From contig OX597839.1 of NCBI GenBank assembly GCA_951406725.2, forward strand, positions 4,526,001 through 4,590,000: a stretch of DNA of 64,000 nucleotides, read 5' to 3'. A program made the translations under genes and the position numbers. Numbering within the stretch: the stretch's first letter is position 1; the number at the start of each line of letters is the position of its first letter. This document shows, in pieces, positions 1 through 12,548 of this stretch. A model generated the notes under the pieces. It saw only the letters and a list, made by a program, of their open reading frames with translations. It searched no databases and had not been told where the DNA came from. Source of the DNA: Octopus vulgaris (lineage: Eukaryota).

Positions 1-364
1 AATCAAAAGACGAATGATCACATTAAGCAGTCAGCTACCCTACCCTAGTCGTTACCACTCCCAGTGTAGGATTCCTCACCATCCAGGTGACAGGCACAGC
101 CGTAAGATGCATTACGAATGTATAGCAATTGGAAGGGCGTGACCCAACTGAAATAAACATTAACAGCTGCGTGATGTGAGGGCTAATGAGATATGAAAGT
201 GTAACCTCAGGGGTTTGCAAATAACCACTATACTGATACGTAACTGGACAGAATAAATTTACAATCTATAAATGTCTTTGAATAAGCAATCACTCATCTG
301 GGAAGGCCTTGAAATCAATGTTACCAAGATATGTATGACCAAGATGGTATATAATATATATATA

Positions 365-663
365 TCACCGTGATCACCGTGACAAACCAGGCTATCAGAT
401 GTTGCTACACATCACTGGTCACAATGCGCTTCGCCTTCAAATGACGCCACCCCGCTGGCTAAGCGAGCAGGCCAACAGAAGAAAGAATGAGAGAAATTTG
501 TGACAAAATAGTACAGTAGGGATCGCCACCACACTCTGCCGGAGCCTCGTGGAGCTTCAGGTGTTTTCGCTCAATAAACACTCACAACGCCCAGTCTGGG
601 AATCGAAACCGCGATCCTACAACCGCGAGTCCGCTGCTCTAACCACTGGGCCATTGCGCCTCC
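365..663 (-). mobile_element. tRNA-derived SINE family A (tail type 1), full length
   Basis: Minus strand begins GGAGGCGCAATGGCCCAGTGGTTAG (A box) and has GGTTTCGATTCCC (B box). It ends in TCACGGTGATCACGGTGA and has near-identical copies elsewhere in the window. It resembles the octopus OR-type SINEs, from recall only. Confidence 0.85.
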
Positions 664-690
664 ACACACACACACACACACATATATATG

Positions 691-751
<61 letters not shown>

Positions 752-794
752 GTACATATATATATGTGTATGTATGTACACACACACACATACA

Positions 795-849
<55 letters not shown>

Positions 850-1547
850 GCATGTATGTATTAGGTGTGTGTGTATACGCCTGTTTCTGAAGGCCCGTAT
901 GAATATATACATATACGAAAGTCTAGTTCTGTATATACACATATATTAACTCTGACTCCATCTTTTCCCTCTTCCTCTCTCTCTCTCTCCCTCTGTCTCC
1001 CAAAATGTGCACTTCCTCTTGTTTCTATATCCCATGAACCTTTATTTTTTTCATATAAATTCTGCTTTTTTTTCTCCCTCAATTTATAAATTAATGTCTT
1101 CTTAAAAATAACGTAGAATTTAACTTTAATTAAAATTGTTTATATTCCCGACGGCATGAATTCTTTTGGTGCTTGAGAGCCGCTTTTAATGCATTCATGG
1201 TTGCGCATGCGTGCATATGTAGTTTCAAATACATACAAACACACTGTGCGATTAGAAGCACATGATTATAGGGAAAATTGTATCGATATGTATACATATA
1301 TATATATATATATATAGTTTTGAATATATGTTATATATCTGATGTGTGTGTCTCACTGTCTCCCCCTCTCTCTCACTTTATATTTATATATGTGTGTGTG
1401 TGTATGTTAGTGAGTGTGTGTGCGTGTTTGTGTGCATGTGTAGAGCATATTTTTATCTTCTATTTATTGCTTCTTTCAATCATTAGACGGCGGCCGTGCT
1501 GGGGCACCACCTTGGAGAATTGTAGTCGAACGAATCGACCTCAGTTG

Positions 1548-1654
1548 TAGCCAGCGAGGCGGCGTCATTTGAAGGCTAAAGCAATGCGAAGCGCATCGTG
1601 ACCAGCGATATGTAACAACATCTGATAGCCTTGTCGGTCACGGTGGTCACGGTG
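1548..1654 (+). mobile_element. 3' fragment of SINE family A tail type 1
   Basis: GGCGTCATTTGAAGGCTAAAGCAATGCGAAGCGCATC...TCACGGTGA matches the tail of 15251-15564. Confidence 0.75.
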
Positions 1655-1744
1655 ATATATATATATTATGTGTGTGTCTGTGTGTGTATACATAAACAAA
1701 GCAGTGACACCGAAAAAACCCAGATGTTATGTAAGGAACTTCAT

Positions 1745-1800
1745 TTGCTTACAATTGTTTCTGCTATAGCAGGATAATATCTTATAGCTTCATCAGAGGC
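1745..1800 (-). ncRNA. Decayed type I hammerhead motif (Penelope-type)
   Basis: Minus strand reads CTGATGA-A-GCTATA..TATAGC-A-GAAA-CAATTG-TA, with palindromic stem III. Stem I is only partly paired. Confidence 0.45.
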
Positions 1801-1832
1801 TTGACATTATTAGGGAGAGTTGCATTTTCACA

Positions 1833-1868
<36 letters not shown>

Positions 1869-1879
1869 TATATTCTTCC

Positions 1880-2246
1880 ACCGTCTAGGCTTAAAAAAGC
1901 CCTCAATGTTGGTTTCCTTGTCCTGTTTTTATTCTTTATGTGTACTATATTTTTATTTGTATTGCTTTTACGTCCTGTTCTTGTCACTTTTTTTCTTCTT
2001 TTACCCCTCTGCAAAAGAATTTTATTTAATTCATTTTGCAGGAAGGTCTACTTCGGCCGGATCGTGTTCTGCCCTTACCTTCGAAACACGCATTGAGTCG
2101 AACCAGGGGCAGCTGATGAAGGGGAATATTCCTTGTATTGTTTGTCTTGTACTCTGTTGTTTCGTTGTTAAAAAAAGTCCGTTTCTTTGTTTGTTTTTAT
2201 GTTTTCGTTTCTCGTTGTGTTTTACGTTTATCTGTGGTGCCCTGTA

Positions 2247-2311
<65 letters not shown>

Positions 2312-2382
2312 ATATACATATAGATGTAGGTATGTACATATATGTATGTATGCATATGTTTTATTTGTTAAATTGTTATTAT
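1880..2382 (+). mobile_element. Non-autonomous repeat carrying the permuted hammerhead motif (family P, copy 1)
   Basis: Colinear with 35845-36302 over its whole length (TTTTACCCCTC.GCAAAA, TTTTATTTAATT, GTTTTCGTTTCTC, GGTG.CCT.TAC) and flanked by (TA)n. Confidence 0.8.
2063..2124 (+). ncRNA. Putative permuted (pseudoknotted) hammerhead ribozyme
   Basis: CGTGT-T | CTGCCCTT-A-CCTTC-GAAA-CACG-14 nt-AGGGGCAG-CTGATGA-A-GGGG. Stems I (8 bp) and III (5 bp) pair in hammerhead register around an intact core. Confidence 0.7.
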
Positions 2383-2401
2383 ATATATATATATATATAT
2401 G

Positions 2402-2760
2402 TAAGTTCACCAAAATTTAGATTCATATGAATATGGTACTTAAGGTAAAGATACCAGAATTTGGTATGGTATTATCCATATAAATCAAATGTAGTGATTA
2501 TAATCAAAATAAGCAACAAGGATATCCAAGGTAGAGTAGTACAATCGTTTCATGCTACTTCATTTCATTAAGCACTGTAAGTATTACATCAGTTTTAAAA
2601 TGTCGAGAACTCGTCATCCACATATAGAATTTTAAAAATTAACTAGACAATGTTCGTTTTGATACTTATATTTGCCAACATTACAAAGAGGATAGATATA
2701 TAGACAGAGAGGTTAATTTCATCATTAAGAACATGGTAGTAGAAGGTCTTTCTCCATGGG
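2402..2760. mobile_element. Penelope-derived non-autonomous repeat family F with decayed type I hammerhead (minus strand, ~2532-2620)
   Basis: Homologous to 55096-55425 and 27857-28078. Minus strand reads ATGACGA..GAAACGATTGTA. Confidence 0.65.
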
Positions 2761-2771
2761 TAGATTTTTTA

Positions 2772-2850
<79 letters not shown>

Positions 2851-2882
2851 TTTATTTTAAGCAGAAGAAAATTCAACAAAAT

Positions 2883-2920
2883 CTGTTACTCTGAGTTTCT
2901 CGTTGCCGTTCATCAGACAG
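2883..2920 (-). ncRNA. Minimal type I hammerhead ribozyme (Penelope-type)
   Basis: Minus strand reads CTGT-CTGATGA-A-CG-GCAA-CG-A-GAAA-CTCAGAG-TA-ACAG: 4 bp stem I, quasi-palindromic stem III, GUA site. Confidence 0.75.
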
Positions 2921-2938
2921 TTTTTATGTGTTTACTCC

Positions 2939-2980
<42 letters not shown>

Positions 2981-3465
2981 GCTTAATAGTTAGGATGTTG
3001 CTCTAGTGGTCGTGATTTCAATTCCTAGACCAGGTGATATGTTGTGATCTTGGGTAGAAACATTTCGTCTACCTGACCGTGCACCTGGTCAGGTGTTGTC
3101 GTTTTGATGGAGAGAGTGAATTAGTGTATGGCACGAACATTTGATCATATAAACAAATCATTCGTGCAGGTCGTTGAACAAAAGCTGAACGCTCATACAT
3201 TGTCTTCGACGGTAGAGCCCATTATACACACACGCACAGACACACACACACGCGCACACACAGACACACACACACTCACACACAATATAATTTATACATT
3301 TATATAACTGAAATGTTTTGTACACACTTTACCTTAAGACAGAATATCTATTCTATTGTTTAATTTCTAGAAACGTGCACGGTATATACACATATACATA
3401 CATGCTTATACATATATATATCTATATATATATATGTATTTTATATTTCTCTCTATATATATGTG

Positions 3466-3535
<70 letters not shown>

Positions 3536-3599
3536 CTGATATATATATATAGATATATGTATATATATAAACTTATCTAGATACATACTTATATACCTG

Positions 3600-3689
<90 letters not shown>

Positions 3690-4693
3690 AGGGTTTGTGT
3701 CGAATTAAATCATGTTTGTGTGTCACTAAGGTAACCAGATTGGAATTTCGGAATCCTTGAATCACAAATTTTCTTAATACATTTGCCGTTGGGGTTTTTA
3801 CGCGTGCATGTGAAATATATCTTTTGTTTGAAATTGTAAATTTTAACACATTTTCAAAATAAAGTATTCACACGCACACACATATATGCACACACATATA
3901 CTCACACGCATATGCGTATATATATATATACTCACAAACATATGCATCGAATGCATGTGTGTTTGTATGCGAGCGAATGTATATGTATGTAGAAATAGAT
4001 ATGTATGTAGAAATAGATAATGTACTGAAATAGATAATGTTGTGTCACACGCACTCTTCGTCACACATGCGGCGAAGAATACATACATATTACAGTTATA
4101 CATTCAGGTGTATACACATACATTCTTTCAAACAAAGAGTATATACACTCTTATGTGTACTAATTACTTTATATACGCGTATATGTGTGTGTGCGTTGCG
4201 TACGTTTTTGCGTATGTCTGTCTACGTTACTGTTCCATATGTATTATGTTGTAGATGTATCCTCGTTCATCAACAATTTGGGATAAAACGGTACACTTAA
4301 CTGCGAACTATGTTAAATTTATCACGAATTGATCTGTCATAACACTGTTCAGCAATGAATGTAGATTCTGCTAATTATATTTTTCAAATATTTTTCTTTA
4401 TTATTTACTGATCGTATGTCATTAAGTGAAGGTGCGTGGCTTAGTGGTTAGGGAATAGGGCTCCCATTTGCAAGGTTGTGAGTTCGATTCCTGGCGTTGT
4501 GCTGTGTCCTTGAACAAAATACTTTATTTCACGTTTCTCCACTCAGCTGGCAAAAAGAAAATGAGTATTTAAAAACATAAGAGGCATCCATCATAGGACT
4601 CCTTGCACGCTAGAGAGAACATTTAAATTCCAAACCACTATTAGGGATAAAACTTCGAAGGGAATGAAAAATAAAAACATTAACCATCTAACT

Positions 4694-4763
4694 CTTGGAC
4701 CATGGTTTCAGACTTCTTTCTAGCAAATAAAATAATTTGCTAGGCGAAGACTTCTTCAGCAGG
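4694..4763 (-). ncRNA. Type I hammerhead motif with extended stem II
   Basis: Minus strand reads CCTG-CTGAAGA-AGTCTTC..(CTAGCAAAT/ATTTGCTAG hairpin)..GAAGTCT-GAAA-CCATGG-TC-CAAG, with palindromic stem III and a GUC site. Confidence 0.65.
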
Positions 4764-5016
4764 TACACCATAGATTAAACATATATACACGAAGCAATCC
4801 ATTATATGCCCCATGCTTATACATTCTAAATGTACACAGTATTTTTATGAATAATATATAGTCTATTGACTAAATTTTTACACGCTAGGCCACTGGTAGT
4901 AGGAATTTCAAATATTTCTTATTACCTTTGATATTATTAATTATTTACAATCTCTAGGTGTTTTCGCTCAATAAACACTCACAATACCTGGTCTGGGGAC
5001 TATGGTATATTATATA

Positions 5017-5051
<35 letters not shown>

Positions 5052-5054
<3 letters not shown>

Positions 5055-5360
5055 GTGATCACCGTGACCGACGAGGCTATCAGATGTTGCTACACATCGC
5101 TGGTCACAATGCGCTTCGCATTGTTTTATCCTTCAAATGACGCCACCCCGATGGCTAAGCGAGCAGGCCAACAGAAGAAAGAGTGAGAGAAAGTTGTGGC
5201 GAAAGAGTACAGAAGGGACAGCCACCACCCTCTGCCGGAGCCTCGTAGAGCTTTTAGATGTTTTCGCTCAATAAACACTCACAATACCCGGTCTGGGAAT
5301 CGAAACCGCGATCGTACGACCGCGAGTCCGCTGCCCTAACCACTGGGCCATTGCGCCCCC
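5052..5360 (-). mobile_element. SINE family A (tail type 1)
   Basis: Near-identical to 365-663. Confidence 0.85.
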
Positions 5361-5911
5361 ACACACACAGATATAATCCTCGAGGTAGTCTAATCAACAG
5401 CAAAGCGTTGAAGTCGATGACATCTATTGGTCTGTAGAAATACATTCAACACTATTTCGATATTTTGAGTGCTTTTTACTCAATAAGCTGATTGCTTTAA
5501 GGTATGCTTTTTACTTGAAGCACACACATAATATAAACATATGTATATCTAGATATTTATAAACATATATATGTACAAACGTATGTATATATTCATATAA
5601 ATATGTATACATACATATACACATATATATTATATTATACATATATATATACATACACATATAATATATATATATATATTATATAATGTATATATATAAT
5701 ATATATGTACATAAACATATATATACACATATACATACAAATATATATATATATATACATATATTATATAATATATATATATGTATTATGTACGTATATA
5801 TATATGTACGTATATATATATGTACATATATATATATATATGTATGTATATGTGTATATATGTGTTTATGTATATATATATGTATATATATATAATATAT
5901 ATATATATATG

Positions 5912-5947
<36 letters not shown>

Positions 5948-6102
5948 GATATATATATATATGTGTGTGTGTGTGTATATATATGTATGTATATGTGTTT
6001 ATGTATATATATATATTATATAATATATGTAATATATATATGTGTGTGTATATATGTATATATATATATGTATGAATATGTGTATATATGTGTTTATGTA
6101 TG

Positions 6103-6177
<75 letters not shown>

Positions 6178-6384
6178 TGCTTATATATGAACGACTCTTA
6201 TATTGAATTCATAGCACTGTACATGTTTGATCTTTTACGAAAGCATTTTTCTATTTCCTTTATCGTTCTTTATGGTTTAGTAAGGTGCAATAAATTTTCT
6301 CGGTGCACCAAACTTTCAACACTTTTTTCCACGGTAAAGGTTTCTGTCTACCTTATTTATAACCACCTTTTCTGTGTTTCATAC

Positions 6385-6491
<107 letters not shown>

Positions 6492-6899
6492 GTATATATA
6501 CATAATTTTGTTACTGATTATATAATCGTGTAATATAAAGTATGGTCGCAATTGCAAGTATAGTATATACGGTAAGAATCCGTATATACTATCATTTGGT
6601 CTACTGCTTTTTTAATCGCTTGTTGCAGCTTTGGAGAATATATCTTGCGCTATTTCGTCACGTCTACTGAGATTTCAATTGAAATCCCACCTAGGTTAAA
6701 TTCGGTTTTCATCCTTTCGGCAGTCGATAAATAAAGTACCACACATAGTACTGGAGTCATTTGGTATTGACTAATCTCCCTCTCTCAAAATCATTGACAT
6801 TAAAGTTAGAAACTATAAAATTAAGAACAATGGTTTAAAATCTTAGCACAAGGCTAGCAATTTGAGGCGAGAGGTAAGTCGATTATATTAACCCCAGTA

Positions 6900-7316
6900 A
6901 AGGCGGCGAGCTGGCAGAAACGTTAGCACGCCGGGCGAAATGAGTAGCCGTATTTCGTCTGTTGTTACGTTCCGAGTTCAAATTCCGCCGAGGTCGACTT
7001 TGCCGTTCATCCTTTCGGGGTCGATAAACTAAGTACCAGTTACGCACTGGGGTCGATGTAATCGACTTAATCCGTTTGTCTGTCCTTGTTTGTCTCCTCT
7101 GTGTTTAGCCCCTTGTGGGTAGTAAAGAAATAGGTATTTCGTCTGCCGCTACATTCTGAGTTCAAATTCCGCCGAGGTCGACTTTTCCTTTTATCCTTTC
7201 GGGGCCGGTAAAATAAGAACCAGTTGAATACTGGGGTCGATATAATCGACTTAATCCGTTTGTCTGTCCTTGTTTGTCCCCTCTGTGTTTAGACCCTTGT
7301 GGGTAGTAAAGAAATA
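6900..7316 (+). mobile_element. SINE family C, head plus two tandem body units, 16 bp TSD
   Basis: tRNA-like head AGGCGGCGAGCTGGCAGAAACGTTAGC..GAGTTCAAATTCC. The ~185 bp body is repeated twice. TSD TATATTAACCCCAGTA lies at 6884-6899 and 7317-7332. Confidence 0.85.
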
Positions 7317-7451
7317 TATATTAACCCCAGTATTCAGCTGGTACTTATTTTGTCAGCCTAAATAGTAGTGAGTGAATTCCTGAAACATATCTTTTGAATG
7401 TTTTAACAAAATTTGCGTAGGTGTTATTCTAAACAGCAATAGAGGTAAAGT

Positions 7452-7810
7452 TTGGAAGGCGGTGGCGGAGAGGAAGAAGAAAAAAGAGATGGAGAAGAAG
7501 AAGAAGAAGAAGAAGAAGAAGAAGAAGAAGAAGAAGAAGAAGAAGAAGATGGAGATGGAGAAGATGGAGATGGAGGAGAAGGAGGAGAAGAAGGAGAAGA
7601 AAGAGACGAAGGAAACGAAGGAGAAGGAGAAAAAGAAGAAGAAGAAGAAGGAGAAGGAGAAGAAGAAGAGGGAGGAGAAGGAGAGAAGAAGAAGGAGAAG
7701 AAGGAGAAGAAGAAGGAAAAGAAGAAGAAGGAGAAGAAGAAGAAGAAGAAGGAGAAGAAGAAGAAAGAGACGAAGGAGAAGAAGAAGAAAGAGAATGGAG
7801 AATAAGAAGG
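7452..7810. repeat. (GAA/GGA)n purine-rich simple repeat
   Basis: Directly visible triplet repeats. Confidence 0.9.
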
Positions 7811-7999
7811 AATGTAGGTAGTATGATAGTAGTAAGGTGTTAAATGGCCAAGCAGCTTAAAATTGGCTCGTTATGGATTATAGCATTGATTGGGATTGTT
7901 TTTTAATGAATTCTTGGGAATCCCTTGAGTGTATCATATTTGATATTTGCTTGTGTGTTTGTGTTATTCTAAGGCCGTGGTGGATATGTCGTTTGTTGT

Positions 8000-8271
8000 A
8001 GATGCGTTCAAAAGGGGTCTGTATTTTGTAATAAAGAGAGGCTCTTTACTAATTCGTTGGCTACAGATTGTATCATCCCTGGAGGGGAAAAATTCTGAAG
8101 CCTGGATTTTTGTTATTGGCGCAAATGTCTACGTGTTGGTTGAATGCTATTTTTCTGTTTTGGGGAATTTTGGTCTGGGATCTGTGCAGAGCCATCCTTT
8201 TACGTAGACTGTTTTTGTTTGGCCTATGTATTGCTCTTGACACCCAGAGCGGTTAGTGCTTATATCAGGTT
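8000..8271 (-). pseudogene. Penelope-like element GIY-YIG endonuclease fragment
   Basis: Manual minus-strand translation gives NLI*ALT.SGCQEQYIGQTK/SLRKRMALHRSQ..FNQHVDIC..FRIFPL../EPLFITKYRPLLN. This is the GIY..CxxC..YIG..R..H..E..FI..P.LN pattern, broken by stops and frameshifts. Confidence 0.8.
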
Positions 8272-8281
8272 ATTATTATTA

Positions 8282-8389
8282 TTGAGTGAGAGAGCAGTGC
8301 TTGCCATCAAAGTGACACTGGGGTAAAATTTACGAAGGCCAGTATACCTATCATGACTACCCGTCTGATAAGGGTACACCAGGCGCATG

Positions 8390-8390
<1 letters not shown>
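8282..8390. mobile_element. Short unclassified insertion inside a (TTA)n tract
   Basis: About 110 bp of complex sequence bounded on both sides by (TTA)n. Confidence 0.35.
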
Positions 8391-8455
<65 letters not shown>

Positions 8456-8839
8456 GTATTTATGTTTTTCAGAATGTGGGTGATCAGGATCTGTCTTTGT
8501 ATATTACGCACGGATGTTAGCATACACAGTTGTGTGTCTTTTACACACACACACACACACACATTGACACCCCTACCCTCACATACAGGCTTATGCGTGT
8601 ATATAAGTTGTTAAAATAAGGAATGCTTCTGCAGCTAAAAAGCAGGACTGGAAGAACGAAGAGGAAGTAGAAGATGCTGCTGTTGCTGCTGCTGCAGCTA
8701 CTTATGATGATGATGATGAACGAGGAGGAGGAGGAGGAGAATTAGAAGGAAAAAGATGACGATGACGATGATGAAGAAGAAAAGAAGAAGAAGTTGAAGA
8801 AGAAGAAGAAAAGAAGTTGAGGAAGAAAAGAAGAAGAAC

Positions 8840-9085
8840 GAGGAGGAGGAAGAGGAATGAGGAGGAGGAAGAAGAATGAGGAGGAGGAAGAGGAAAGAGG
8901 CGGAGGAAGAAGAATGAGGAGGAGGAAGAGGAATGAGGAGGAGGAAGAGGAATGAGGAGGAGGAAGAGGAATGAGGAGGAGGAAGAGGAATGAGGAGGAG
9001 GAAGACGAATGAGGAGGAGGAAGAAGAATGAGGAGGAGGAAGAGGAATGAGGAGGAGGAAGAGGAATGAGGAGGAGGAAGAGGAA
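8840..9085. repeat. 18 bp-period GA-rich minisatellite (GAGGAGGAGGAAGAGGAAT-like)
   Basis: Directly visible tandem units. Confidence 0.85.
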
Positions 9086-9399
9086 CAAAAACAAGAAGAA
9101 AATTAGAGAACAATGTTTTAAAGAAAGTAAAATTAAATTCTTTAAATTCTTAATTTTTTTAATGCCGGTAAATACAATCTAACACGAATGCACACACACA
9201 CACACACACACACACATTTATATATTTCTGTATATGTATGTATATATATATATATATAATATGATCATGGATATATTATCAAATTTTCATCAATTATTTG
9301 TGTTCTGTTTGTTCAGATCTTCAATTATTGTTTGACCTTCGGAAATTTCAGCATTCTTTTCTACTCATCTTAATCGGAAGTGGAAGAAAGAAAGAAACA

Positions 9400-9459
<60 letters not shown>

Positions 9460-9499
9460 AAAGCAGCTCGTCTAAGAAGACTAAAAGAAGATAAGAGAG

Positions 9500-9548
<49 letters not shown>

Positions 9549-9762
9549 CACGTAAACTAAGATTTTCCCCGGAAAAGCACACAATTATAAAGCAGAGTGC
9601 AAAGAATGTGTTTAAAAGCGTGAGTTATTTAAAAATATCTGGATACGTAATTAATTAATTGTGTGTCTTGGGGGAGATGTTGTGATTACTTCCGTCTACT
9701 AGTTTAATCTTATCATTATTTATCATTATCATCATTTATTATAGTTGTTGTTGTTACTACTG

Positions 9763-9925
<163 letters not shown>

Positions 9926-10150
9926 CATTATTATCATTAATGGTATTATTGTATATATCAATACCCGCTAGCGTACTGTGCTTTTTTCATCACTCCGGAA
10001 TCGATAAGATATAGTGTCTTTTAGATACTGGGGTAGATATTGGTTTGGGTTAGAGTGGGAGATCCGGATTGAAGTGAAGCCTAAAACATAGGACAGGATC
10101 CAATGACCTTATACAATTCCCAGGAAGACAACAACTGCAAGTGGTAGCGG

Positions 10151-10662
10151 GGATCTTTTCAGTTTGAACGGCAGTTTTTTTCTAGCGGTGTCATATGCAA
10201 TTGTCACCCATAATTATGAACCTAGTATCGATCTATTGCATTTCAATCTGTTCTAGGGTTAGGGTTAGGGGTGGGGGAAGGGTATCTTTTTTTCTTCACA
10301 AATGTAAATAAACCCAGGATCTTTTCGGTTTGAACGGCGGTTTTTTCTAGTGGTGTCATATGAAATCGTCACCCATTATTATGACCCTAGTATCGATCTA
10401 TAGCATTTCAATATGTTTCTTAAACAAGGGACATATTCATACGGCACAGAATTATTTTTTTTACATCAATAGACGTCGTGAATGGTTGAAATTGCAGAAA
10501 TTGAAGAAAATAACAACAAATATCTTACAAACTAAAGAATATTCTCAATAAGGCCAAGAGAAAAAGATGTTTTATAAACACATTCTACCAGTATACGAAG
10601 TTTAAAATTTTTTAGTTACCTAGAAATTATGTTAAAAACTGCCGTTAAAACCGAAAAGATCC
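10151..10662. mobile_element. MITE-like element with ~29 bp terminal inverted repeats, duplicated left end and internal TTAGGG repeats
   Basis: GGATCTTTTC(A/G)GTTTGAACGGC(A/G)GTTTTT at 10151 and 10317. Inverted copy AAAAACTGCCGTTAAAACCGAAAAGATCC ends at 10662. TAGGGTTAGGGTTAGGGG lies at ~10254-10271. Confidence 0.7.
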
Positions 10663-10859
10663 GGTTGCGGAAAGCACAAGACATTGGTGCCACAAATGTG
10701 GAAAACACAATCAATAGAAAATTATTGTTGAAAGCAAAGTTCCACCATCTTCAGCGAAAACAACAGCAAGTGGAGGCACAACAGCAAGTGGCCCTATGGT
10801 TAGGGCAGCTGACTCGCGGTTGGAGGATCGCGGTTTCGATCGCGGTTGTCTTATTAGCC

Positions 10860-11820
10860 AGGCTTTAGTCTTGGGACAAGCGAAAAGCGTCAAAGGGCAC
10901 TTGACTTTCGAAATGTTGTCAATCTCTCATAACTTTCTACTTGTTAGACTCAACAGTCTGCGAAAATTCCACATTGGCGTTCGAAAGAACGCCAATGTTA
11001 TTATATGATTGTGGCAGGAGAAAGAGACTGCACTCTGCAGGTAACTCTGGGCTATTGACAAAAATCAACTGGTTAGTCTGTTCTGGAGGACTTTTCAACC
11101 GGACCCTGCAGATAACTTTCATGAATTCCTCTGCTGCATGTACAACTAGGATGATCTGCGGGGCATTATTAATTCGAAATAAAGTTTACAGGCAAACAAC
11201 TACCTATTTCTTTACTACCCACAAGGGGTTACACACAGAAGGGACAAACGAGGACAGACAAAGGGGTTAAGTCGATTACATCGACCCCAGTGCGTAACTG
11301 GTACTTAATTTATCGACGCCGAAAGGATGAACTGCAAAGTCGACCTCGGCGGAATTTGAACCCACAACGTAACGGCAGACGAAATACCTATTTCTTTATT
11401 ACCCACAAGGAGCTAAATATAGAGGGGACAACCAAGGACAGACAAACGGATTAAGTCGATTATATCGACCCCAGTGCGTAACTGGTACTTAATTTATCGA
11501 CGCCGAAAGGATGAACTGCAAAGTCGACCTCGGCGGAATTCGAACGTGAATACAAACGAAATACCGCTAAGCATTTCGCCCGGCGTGCTAACGTTTCTGC
11601 CAGCTTGCCGCCTACCATTTCCTGAGCCAGTTCATGATGCGCTCGTCCAGTCGGAGTATGGAAGACTTGTGATGCTATGCTTCCACACGTGGAGCGGATC
11701 CAGTTATTAACCGAGCTCACTGTAAAATCATCTCGCCGCCATCAACAACCTGAGAAGGGCAAACATTTTTTATATGTCTGCTTCATATGGCGAAAGAAGG
11801 TGTCTAGTGAGTAACATTGA
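10860..11820 (+). pseudogene. Old CR1/L2-like LINE reverse transcriptase remnant, interrupted by SINE C
   Basis: Fragments ISHNFLLVRLNSL (like VSH..LL.KL..LG), ALVQSEYG and VERIQ (like ALVRPHLEY..LERVQ). Confidence 0.45.
11205..11613 (-). mobile_element. SINE family C dimer
   Basis: Reverse complement of the 6900-7316 structure. Confidence 0.85.
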
Positions 11821-12261
11821 AATGGCATGAGAACAGATAAGTTTCTCTTTGATGAAGACAGCATCAAATTAGTTTAACTTGAAAAAAGAAAACAAGCATG
11901 GAGATGTAAGTGCTGCCCTCCAGCTAATTATTTGAAAGAGAGATGAGAGCGGACAGCACCATGTATTTCAGTCACATCCTTTGATTTCCAGACAGAATCA
12001 ATTTACTGACCAATGACGAAAAAACTTAATGAAAATTTTGTTACACAGTGTTTTATGAAAGCGACATGCTGCCGGAATCAATGAGCGTCTGGCAAAATGT
12101 TTAGCGGCATTCTTCTGTTCCGAGTTCAAATGACGTTGAAGTCGACTTTGCTTTTCAACTTTTCAAGGTCGATTAAGTAAGTAGCAGCAAAAGTGCAGAG
12201 GTTGATGAAATCGACTGGGCTCTACCTCAGAATTTCAGGCCCTGTGCCTATAGAAGAAAGG

Positions 12262-12531
<270 letters not shown>

Positions 12532-12548
12532 ATGAAAAGTTTCCATAT

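Noticed and set aside
1-350. Complex sequence at the window start (61 aa minus-strand ORF)
   Set aside because: No recognisable motif; it cannot be classified without a search.
365-663. tRNA genes at the SINE heads
   Set aside because: A and B boxes are present, but there is no complete cloverleaf and each head continues into a repeated SINE body.
2078-2124. Reading the motif as an ordinary type II hammerhead (GAAA before CUGAUGA, cut at GTC 2097-2099)
   Set aside because: In that reading stem I cannot form and stem III is mismatched, and the GTC is absent from the other copies. The covarying partners lie upstream of GAAA.
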